A stretch of 64,000 nucleotides of DNA from Myxococcota bacterium (GTDB lineage: Bacteria; Myxococcota_A; SURF-8; G963663525). The stretch lies in NCBI GenBank assembly GCA_963676915.2, contig CAXXVK010000073.1, forward strand, positions 1 to 64,000. The letters run 5' to 3'. A model generated the notes under the pieces. It was not told where the DNA came from and did not search any database. It worked only from the letters and a program-made list of their open reading frames with translations. Made by a program: the position numbers and the translations under genes. Shown in pieces: positions 39,821 through 48,700 of this stretch; the first letter of the stretch is position 1; each line of letters opens with the position of its first letter.

Positions 39821-41011
39821 TCATGGTTTCAAAGCGGCTTTCAAAATGGTATCGGCGTTTTTCTTCCACGTATGTTCCGTGAGGATTTCTTTTTGCAATT
39901 GTGCTCCCATTGCTGCACGGGCGTTCTCGTCCTTGGCGAGTTCGATGAGTTTTCGAACCATATCGGCGACATTTTTCTTCTCGAAAATCATCCCGTTTTC
40001 TCTTTGGCGGAGAACTTCCAGAATCGGATCGTAATCGGGCATGAGCACCGCTTTACCCATAGCGCCATATTCGAACAGTTTCATCGGAGAACCGTAATGC
40101 AAAACTTCCGGTGAATAGCAGATATCCATAGCTTCCACATGGGTCGGTACGTCCGTCTGAGGTACACGCCCGGTGAAAGTGAACGAGTCGTCAAGACCTT
40201 TTTCGCGAATTGCGGCGGTGAATTTTTTCTTTTCCTCATCGGAGCCGAAGCCGCCTACCAGCAGAAAATGAGCATTGGGAATTTCCCGCTTGACCTGTTG
40301 GCAGACCTCCGGGAAATATTGAAGACCGTGAAACCATTGCATCGTACCGACAAATCCGATGACCAACCGGTCATCAATGTTGTACTTTTGACGCATGGCT
40401 TGTCGCTGATTATTTTCCCGGAAAAGATCCAGGTCGATTCCGTTGTGAACGACGATGATTTTTTCGGGGTCGATGCCGCAGTCTACCAGATAGTTTTTCA
40501 GATATCCGCTCACCACCACAACGAGGGTGGCCATACGGGCGATGTCCAGTTGTTTTTTGATGTAAAGCCATTCGAAATTGCCGCGTTGGTAGAATCGGCG
40601 TTCTTCGAAATTGGCATGCATATGCGTAATGTACGGGATACCGTTTTCCATGGCGAAACGGGCGGCGGCATCGTTGAAATGGCAAAAACGTTCCCAGATC
40701 AGATCGGGTGGAGAATCGAGGAGAAGAGAACGATAAACGTTGTAATATCGGCGAGTTGACCACAAGATGAAAGCATCTTTGGCGTAGTCGGTTGCGATTT
40801 TAGGGACGAACTTCTTCAGTTGACTGTATATTTTGTATTGCCAGTTGAACGTGGGAGTCGTTTTTCCGTCCGAACCTTGAAGGGGCGGATAGCGGACAAC
40901 CTCGTGACCGAGTTCCTCGAAAGCCTGGCTCATCGAGTCACAGAACACGGAATCGCCGGAGGCTTTGTTGAAGCCATCGGAAACCGAAACCGCAATGTGA
41001 AAGATTTTCAT
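39821..41011 (-). CDS. GT4 family glycosyltransferase
   Basis: VVHNGID, IGFVG, SPMKLFEYGAMGK. Confidence 0.88.
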   Translation of the reverse strand: MKIFHIAVSVSDGFNKASGDSVFCDSMSQAFEELGHEVVRYPPLQGSDGKTTPTFNWQYKIYSQLKKFVPKIATDYAKDAFILWSTRRYYNVYRSLLLDSPPDLIWERFCHFNDAAARFAMENGIPYITHMHANFEERRFYQRGNFEWLYIKKQLDIARMATLVVVVSGYLKNYLVDCGIDPEKIIVVHNGIDLDLFRENNQRQAMRQKYNIDDRLVIGFVGTMQWFHGLQYFPEVCQQVKREIPNAHFLLVGGFGSDEEKKKFTAAIREKGLDDSFTFTGRVPQTDVPTHVEAMDICYSPEVLHYGSPMKLFEYGAMGKAVLMPDYDPILEVLRQRENGMIFEKKNVADMVRKLIELAKDENARAAMGAQLQKEILTEHTWKKNADTILKAALKP

Positions 41012-41046
41012 CGAATCGTTCTCCCGTTTTTCCGCCGGTTTGTCGC

Positions 41047-42195
41047 TCAGGAACCGTTTGCAACCTTCGTGAGTACATCTTGCCAGCGATCACGCCACGT
41101 TTTCAGGTTGAAGGCCTGTTTGGCCGTTTCGAACCCGTTTCGAGCCATTCGTTTCCTAAGGGCCGTATCTTCGATCAGCAACCGGAGTTTTTGTACGAGA
41201 TCGTTTGCTTCCGGCATGACCAACGAGCCGTTGAAACCATCGATGATCATGTTTGTGACACCACCGATGTTGGTGGCTACGACTGCACAACCTGCTCCCA
41301 TGGCTTCGGCGACGGAAATCGACGTACCTTCCGATCCAAGCGATGGCACCACGGAAATATCGTAGTCCAAATGAACGTCCAGCGTGTCTTTCGGTTCATA
41401 TTTCGTAACGGTGACGCGAGAGTCGCCTTTGAAAGACTCTCGGATCGTATCTTCCAACGGTCCTTCCCCTGCGAAAGCGAACTGAATATCTTTGTACTCT
41501 TCCAGGAGTTGGCGAGCGGCTTCAATCATCAGTTCGGTACCACGATGTTCGGTGAAACGCCGAGCGAAGATGATGCGCATCGGGCCTTTCCGTTTGAGTT
41601 TTTCGGAAACCTGGCCGTTGGTGGCGATGGAAGGAGTGAAATTGGGAATGACCCAGATATGCCCCTCGGGGTCTCCGGTGATGGTCGTTTTGTACCAATT
41701 CAGGAAATTGTGATCCACACAGACGCGATTCGGTGCGTTGCGGAAAAACTGTATCTGCCGTGCGAGAATCCACTTTTTATAAAGAAAATCAATACCTTTG
41801 ACTCTGAAGAAATCGCGATGGGCGAAAAAACGGACCGGCAAATCAAAACCGATACCGTGCTGAATGGAAATCGCTCGGGGGTAGTCGGTTTTGGTTCCCC
41901 ACTGGTCCGCACCGAAAATGATGATGTCTTTGGAAGGGTCGATGCGTTTCATCGCCTCTTCATACAACCGTTGTTTGAACTGCTTTGATTTCAAACCGGC
42001 GATGGGCACGCCTTCGATGGGCAAGCCATCGAGTTCATGTGTAAATGGTTTGCTGGCACCTTGGAGGATCAATGGCTCCCAACCCATGTCGCGAATGAGT
42101 TCGCCCAATTGCAATACATACGTCTGGACTCCTCCCAGCGTTCGTTGCTCTCCATCGGGTTCCAAGATCCAGGAATAGGTAATAACGACTTTCAT
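41047..42195 (-). CDS. GT4 family glycosyltransferase
   Basis: VPSLGSEGTSISVAEAMGAG..VVATNIGG (EX7E motif). Confidence 0.88.
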   Translation of the reverse strand: MKVVITYSWILEPDGEQRTLGGVQTYVLQLGELIRDMGWEPLILQGASKPFTHELDGLPIEGVPIAGLKSKQFKQRLYEEAMKRIDPSKDIIIFGADQWGTKTDYPRAISIQHGIGFDLPVRFFAHRDFFRVKGIDFLYKKWILARQIQFFRNAPNRVCVDHNFLNWYKTTITGDPEGHIWVIPNFTPSIATNGQVSEKLKRKGPMRIIFARRFTEHRGTELMIEAARQLLEEYKDIQFAFAGEGPLEDTIRESFKGDSRVTVTKYEPKDTLDVHLDYDISVVPSLGSEGTSISVAEAMGAGCAVVATNIGGVTNMIIDGFNGSLVMPEANDLVQKLRLLIEDTALRKRMARNGFETAKQAFNLKTWRDRWQDVLTKVANGS

Positions 42196-42484
42196 GTTTC
42201 GTTCCGGGTTTGAGGTTTCGTGTTCATTATTGGTTGTTAATGGTTCCGTTTTGAATGACTTTGATTTGGTAATTTATCTTGAAATTTCAAAAGAATATAG
42301 TCAACTTATTGAATTTTCATGAATTTACCACAGCAGATATTACCGTTACATTCAAAAAGAAACTCCTTTAGCATAGGATTTTTACTTTTCACCAAACAAA
42401 CAACTTTTCCGACTCGTTCTTAGAAAAGTTGATTCACATCCCCCAAATACTATTCATTAACACACTCTATCGAGAATGGAAACG

Positions 42485-43618
42485 TTACAGTCGTTCCTCC
42501 AGGATATCCAGAATTCGTTCGTGGGCTTTGCCATCGCCGTAGGGATTGATCGCCCGTGCCATGGCGTCGTAGGCTTGCGGATCGTCCAGCAGTTTTGCGG
42601 TTTCTGTGACGATCGCATCCGGGTCGGTTCCCACGAGCTTCGCGGTTCCGGCCTCAACCCCTTCTGGACGCTCGGTGGTGTCGCGCATGACGAGTACGGG
42701 TTTTCCCAGTGTCGGCGCTTCTTCCTGAATACCTCCCGAATCGGTCAACACGAGGCGGCAGCGATCCATTAACGTGACAAACGGCAGGTAAGAAAGCGGT
42801 TCGATCAGGTGCACGTTGCCGAGGTTCCCGATGCGTCGGAAGACAGGCTCCCTTACGTTGGGATTCAAGTGCACGGGATAGACGAATTCCGCGTCCGGGT
42901 AGCGTTCGGCCAGACGAGCGATGCCGGAGCATAAGTCTTCGAAACCTTTGCCGAAATTCTCTCGACGATGCGCTGTAACGAGAATCGTTGGTTTTTGGGA
43001 AAAATTCGCCACTTGTTCGGTGGAAAGTCCCGGGATTTCGGGAGGATCGCGACGGGTTCGCTCGACCGCCAGTTGCAGGGCATCGATGACCGTATTGCCG
43101 GTGACGAAGACATCCATCTCGGAAATGCCTTCATCCAGCAGGCTTTTTCGAGCCGTATCGGTTGGCGCGAAGTGCAGATCCGTCAAACGCGAGCAGAGCA
43201 CGCGGTTGATTTCTTCCGGGAACGGAGAAAAGCGGTTGCCCGTGCGCAGTCCCGCCTCAACGTGTCCCACGGGAATCTGATGATAAAAAGCCGCCAGTGC
43301 AGCGGAAAAGACGGTGGTGGTGTCGCCCTGGACGAGTACGAGATCGGGATGATCTTCCGAAAGGTAGTCGTCCAGCGACGTTATGGCTCGGCTGGTCAGT
43401 CCGGCTAAGGATTGGTTGGGGCGCATCAGGTCGAGATCCACATCCGGTTCGATGTCGAACGCAGCCAATACGTCGTCGAGCATCTGGCGATGCTGCGCCG
43501 TGACGCAGATCCGGCAACGAAGCCGATCGCGGTTTTTCATTCCGAGAATCACCGGAGCAAGTTTGATGGCTTCGGGGCGTGTACCGAAAATGACGCTGAC
43601 CGTTTTTGTTTCCGCCAC
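42485..43618 (-). CDS. wecB: UDP-N-acetylglucosamine 2-epimerase (non-hydrolysing)
   Basis: FGTRPEAIK, VQGDTTT, HVEAGLR, PFPEE, HRREN, TDSGGIQEE, NPYGDG. Confidence 0.95.
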   Translation of the reverse strand: MAETKTVSVIFGTRPEAIKLAPVILGMKNRDRLRCRICVTAQHRQMLDDVLAAFDIEPDVDLDLMRPNQSLAGLTSRAITSLDDYLSEDHPDLVLVQGDTTTVFSAALAAFYHQIPVGHVEAGLRTGNRFSPFPEEINRVLCSRLTDLHFAPTDTARKSLLDEGISEMDVFVTGNTVIDALQLAVERTRRDPPEIPGLSTEQVANFSQKPTILVTAHRRENFGKGFEDLCSGIARLAERYPDAEFVYPVHLNPNVREPVFRRIGNLGNVHLIEPLSYLPFVTLMDRCRLVLTDSGGIQEEAPTLGKPVLVMRDTTERPEGVEAGTAKLVGTDPDAIVTETAKLLDDPQAYDAMARAINPYGDGKAHERILDILEERL

Positions 43619-43832
43619 GTTCGCTTTCCTTTCCTCGTTTTCATCGTGGCCACCGGATCATCCCAAAGGAGCCGGGGCGTGGAACTCTTTCGATTTTCCT
43701 AGGAAAAACCGAGGGTACGTGTTGATCGTCGGCCTACTCATAGCGTTGGAACGTCGATCTGTCAACCATTGGACGGTTTCCCAAACCCAACGATTTACCC
43801 CACATTCACAAAACAATCACCGAGTCCGGAAA

Positions 43833-45321
43833 TTATGTGCCATAAGGTGTGCAGACGTCCAGAGAGCGGGCTTTCTGCGTAATCCACCGGTCGAAAATCT
43901 GCTGCAACTCCGGGTCATTTTGTGCAAGGCGGTCAAAAAGCAGGTCGAACGAGGCCATGGCCATTTGACAGCGGCCGTTGGTCGGCATTTGTCCCACGAT
44001 ATCTCCCTGTGTGGAGAAATTGTAGATCGGACAGACGCCGCAATACGGTTTGTAGGCGCAATCCGAGCAGAGGGGTAAGGCATCCTGGATGCTGGCGGCC
44101 AGCAGAGATTTGACCTCCTCGGAGTCGATCATTTCGGGAAGCGTGTTCTCTTTGATATCGCCGATGCGGAAGATATCGTCCCCCATCCGGGACACCATGC
44201 GGCCTTCGTCGCAGGTAAACACTTTTCCATCATAATTGTAGGCAACTTGACCGACCGCCGCGCCGCAGGGGGAACGAAGTTCCATGTAATTGGGGTCGCG
44301 ATCGGAAAGAATCCGGGTCAGGTAGATCGCCGCCATGCGCTCGATCATCTGCTGTCCCTGCCGATTGAGGTCGAGAATGTAGTCCAGACTTTTCTCGTAG
44401 AAATCCATAAACTCGTCGGCGGAATAGCCGATTTCATCCCAGGTTTTCTTGACGAAGCCGAAGGGGTTGAGTGGTCGCAAGTGAACGGACATCAACCCCA
44501 GCTTGACGTACTCGTCGATGATCTCTTTCCAAAGCGGCAGGCTTTGGCGGGTGGTCGTCATCAGTGCATCGACGTGAAACACGGTCTGATCGAAACCGCG
44601 TTTATCGTATTCTTCGTGAAATCGCTCGATCCAGCGCACGGTTTCATCGTAGGAAGAACCGCCGGTAAAGGCTCGGTTTTTATCGTGAAGTTCCTTGGGA
44701 CCGTCCACCGACGTACAGACGTAGATGTTTCGATCCACGAGGTAGGCCAGCTTCTCGTCGTCCATCAGCGAAAGATTGGATACAAGGGTAAAGGCCAGGT
44801 CTTTATCGTATTCCCGGTTCTTTTTCTCGGCATATTCGATGGTTTCGCGCAGCACTTCCCAGTTGGCCAGCGGTTCGCCACCTTGGAATTCGATATTGAT
44901 GGCTTCGGAGGTAGTCTCGAAAATCCGATCCACGACCTGACGGGCCGTCTCCGGCGACATGTCGTTAGCCGTCGCGACTCATTGCCACGCGGGAAGCATG
45001 GCAGTAACGGCAGTTGTAGTTGCAACGCAACGTCAGAATCATGATGTGCAGGTTCGGGCCGCCGTTGAGAAAATCGTTTCGTGCACGTTGGATGCCCACC
45101 GCTCGGTTAAGGAAATCCGGGGAGCGCAGCATTAGTTTTTCTTCCAATTCCTTATATAAGGGATTGTCAGGTTGGATTTTTCCCTCGACCATCTGAAGAA
45201 AATCGGCATAGTCCAAAAGGGTGAAACGCCCATAATCGTTGGTAACCAGCACCCGGTCGCCACGTCGGCGGAATCGGATGGGGGCAAGAATGGGATCGGC
45301 TTGAATCGTTTTAACTGCCAT
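43833..45321 (-). CDS. hxsB: His-Xaa-Ser system radical SAM/SPASM maturase; 1-nt insertion near 44966
   Basis: VTNDYG, LHIMILTLRCNYNCRYCHAS, IEFQGGEP, LRSPCGA, YNYDGKVFTCDEGRM, CSDCAYKPYCGVCP; GGC TAA CGA C should read GGC TAC GAC. Confidence 0.85.
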
Positions 45322-45545
45322 TATCGACTCCTGGTAATCGATTCGAACAGAACGTAGTTGGAAAACTCATCGACGATGCTATCGGCGAATTCGGGGTCGA
45401 AATCACTCAACTCAACGTTGAAATGGGTCGGCGTTTCATCCAGTTTTTTTTGACCGATGAAACCGGCGTATTCCTCAAAAGCCAAATGGATGGCGTCTTC
45501 CCGATAAAGCGTTTTTTCGAACGTGATCGTCACGATTTTTTCCAT
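45321..45545 (-). CDS. HxsD-like small protein
   Basis: 74 aa; F...LY...AI..A...Y and DEFSNYVL pattern; stop overlaps the hxsB start (TAATG). Confidence 0.7.
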   Translation of the reverse strand: MEKIVTITFEKTLYREDAIHLAFEEYAGFIGQKKLDETPTHFNVELSDFDPEFADSIVDEFSNYVLFESITRSR

Positions 45546-45684
45546 GTCTGATTCCTTCGGTTACGATTCCGGCGATTCTGCCGGAGTTCTTTGGGTTCCA
45601 ATTGAGAAATCATGCCCACAGTATCGTTCTCTCCCTTGGGAAACGCAAGCCCTTCCATCATAGGAAAAGGATCGAAACCGATTC

Positions 45685-45704
45685 TTTCGTGAATTTTCAC
45701 GAAA
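45685..45704. promoter_or_regulatory. Perfect inverted repeat TTTCGTGAA-TT-TTCACGAAA upstream of hxsD (candidate operator)
   Basis: 9-bp arms with a 2-nt spacer, adjoining the terminator's U tract. Confidence 0.35.
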
Positions 45705-45729
45705 AACCGGCATCCGTGAGGATGCCGGT
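45701..45729 (-). terminator. Intrinsic terminator of the giant lipoprotein gene
   Basis: ACCGGCATCC-TCAC-GGATGCCGGT followed by TTTT, ~30 nt after the stop at 45757. Confidence 0.8.
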
Positions 45730-45756
45730 CGAAGGGTTGCGAATCACGAAAGGGGA

Positions 45757-48700
45757 TTAGTTGCTGGTGGAGTAATTGCCCGCGTTGGACACCTCCAAGG
45801 AGTAGTCTTCGCAAGAAGGCACCGTATGAGGAGCACGGAAGACCTTGATGTAAAACTCCTGGTTTTCCGCACTGCACAGGTTGTAAATGGGTCGATTGCC
45901 CCACGGCCAGCGCATTTCGTTCTCGGGATTGCTTTCCTCGGGGGACCATGCATCGTCCACATTGGGATTGATGGTATCGCAAGGATTCTGACCGGGGAAC
46001 ATGTACAGCGGGCTGCGATTTTCGACATGACCGATGTGGTTGTTTTCGTGGTCGGGAGTCAGATAACCGTTATCCTGAATCGGAACTGCCGTTGCCGCGT
46101 ATCCAAGGTCATCCCCATAGAAGTCATAGGCGAACGTGAACGGCTCGAGGTTCCCGTCCGTGGTGTTCGGGTCTGTGGGGCAGATGCGCTCGGAGCAGGT
46201 TCTATAGACCTCGAAACGATACTGATTTCGGGGATTTTCGGAAAATGCAATGCGGAAGTAGAAATTGTCCGCACCGGAATCCGATGTATCAAGCGCTTTG
46301 ACTCGATACCAGTCTACGTCCGTACACCAAACATCATCACCATCAGCCACCTGGAGGTTGGCGGGGCAGGTCTGGCCAGTAGATGCGTTGTAACGGAAAC
46401 GGATGATGTTTCCTCGTAAGAAATCGCTGGTACCTGGAATCTGGTCCCGGAACTCTCCACCAAACACTGCATCGGAACAGGTGTCGCCACGATCGGCCTG
46501 GTCGTTGTAATCGGTCGGACATTCACAGCCGGTGTCGTAGATATCGTCGATGTCGTAGTATTCCGGGTTGCAGTTTTCGATGACACAGGTTCCCGAATCA
46601 CAGGCCGAGGTTGCATTTGCTGCGTTGCAGACTTTGCCGCAGCCACCGCAGTTGTTGATGTCGTCATTATCGCTGGAGAAGCCTTCATCCACCACACAGT
46701 CGCAGTCGTTATCGTATCCGTCACAGACTTCGATTCGTTCAGGCAGCATAGGATTGTAGTCGCTTCCACCCGGTGAGGTGGAGCAGATGGTTCGTTGATG
46801 ATATGGATCGGAGGAATCGCATTCCCAGCGGCCGAAGATCGGCTCGAGAGTTTCGGGATCCAAACCGCACGTTCCACAGGCCTGGCATTTGTTGGCCGGA
46901 CCTTCCGCAATAAAGTCTTCATCGGTTTTGCCGTCGCAGTCGTTGTCGATACCGTCGCAGACTTCGACTTCGGGATAGTATTGCGAACCGCCCGGAAGGG
47001 TCGAGCAAACCGTTTCGCGAGGATTCAGACCATCGCATTCCCAGCGGCCATCCACGCAGGTACCCGTACCGAGACAATGCGTGTCGATATCGTAATTGTT
47101 GTCGATGATGCCGTCGCAGTCGTTGTCTTTACCGTCGCAGAGTTCCTCGCGAGCCGGATCGTAGGGGAACGGCACGTGATCCGAACCACCGGGATCGACC
47201 GAGCATTGGACTTCTGAGGCGTTTTTGCATTCGAGTTCACCCGTGATCAAACGACACTCGCCGGTTCCAACACAGGCCTGCCCAACGTTCAGGCCGGGGA
47301 TGTCATCGATGTACCCGTTGCAGTCGTTGTCCACTTCATCGCAGATTTCAATGCTCGACACCTGATCATAGGTCGAGCCGCCGATGCCGGTCGAGCAGAT
47401 CTTGTCGCCACTGCCGTAAGGGTCACATTCCCAAACGCCCGCTCGCGGAACCTGCTGACCATCGACGAACTGGAAGCCGCATTGTCCCGGCGCGTAGCAA
47501 GGCCACTCGGGGTCGTCCAGGTGGAAATCTTCGTCGATTTCGCCATCGCAATCATTGTCGATACCGTCACAGATTTCTTCGGTGGAGCGATCCTGGGAAC
47601 CTCCGGGGCTGGTAGAGCAGATCGTACCGTACAGGTTTTCCGGGTCGCATTGGCCCACGCCATATTTATCGACCGGTACCGCACCGGAATAATCCTTGCC
47701 GCATTGACCGACGCCCTGGCAGGTACAACCAATGTAAATGTCGTCCGAGCCGCTACCGGGACAGATGTTGTCCGGTGCTTTGTAGACTTCATCGACCTCA
47801 CCATCGCAGTCGTCGTCTTCGCTGTTGCAAAGCTCGTATTCGGCGCCAGCGTCGTTGCCTGTACAATAGACGGTCATCTGGTTGGGATCGCTTAGATCAC
47901 AGCGGAACACGCCGCTCTGACAGTTTCCTTCACCTCGGCAGTAGCGGTTGACGCAATCGTCGCAAACACCGGAAATATCTTCACGAATAAAGTACGTGCC
48001 GTTGTCGATTTCGCCATCGCAGTCGTTGTCGTTTCCGTCGCAGACCTCTTTACGGATTTCCAGGTTGGGATCGTACTGAGATCCGCCAGGATTGGCCGAG
48101 CAGCGCGTTGCAGAGGCTCCGGCACATTCGACGTGTCCCAGGCCGCATTCGCCTTCACCCAGGCAGAGTTCACCCACGTTCCAGTCTTCATCCACTTCGC
48201 CGTCACAGTCGTTGTCACGGTTGTCGCAGCTTTCCGGGGTGGCCCAATGGAGGTATTCCGAACCGTTGATGTCCGACGAGCAGATCATGCCCAGTTTGGA
48301 CACAGGGTCGCATTCCCATACACCCACGCCGCAAGCGCCTTCACCATCGCAGCAGTCGGGATCGCTGGGATCGCTGGGATCACAGCAGTTTGCGGGGTCG
48401 GCCTCCGGATCGTTGCAGTACAGTACGCCGACGGCGTAACCGTCATCGATGACACCGTTGCAATCGTTGTCCAAACCGTCGCAATATTCCACGCGATTAA
48501 GTGTTTCGGTGCAGGGGTATTCGCAGTCGGCCGGATTGTCGTCGAGGTCGTGGCTTCCTTCAGGGCAGTCCATGCCGTCGCCACGGAAATACAATTCCCG
48601 CCAGCCGTACCCTTCAGGGCATTTGTTTTCCGAGCTGGGTTCGCCGTATCCGGGGTGGCTTTGTACATCCTGAAAGTCGTTGGAACAGATGCCGAGAACC

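Noticed and set aside
43620-43830. Small HxsA-like precursor ORF downstream of hxsB (also checked 45546-45756, 51330-51700, 52745-53070)
   Set aside because: No His-Xaa-Ser repeat reading frame found by eye.
44960-44970. hxsB as a pseudogene or naturally split gene
   Set aside because: Removing one A from GGCTAACGAC restores G-Y-D-M and a full-length protein; same error class as in clpX.
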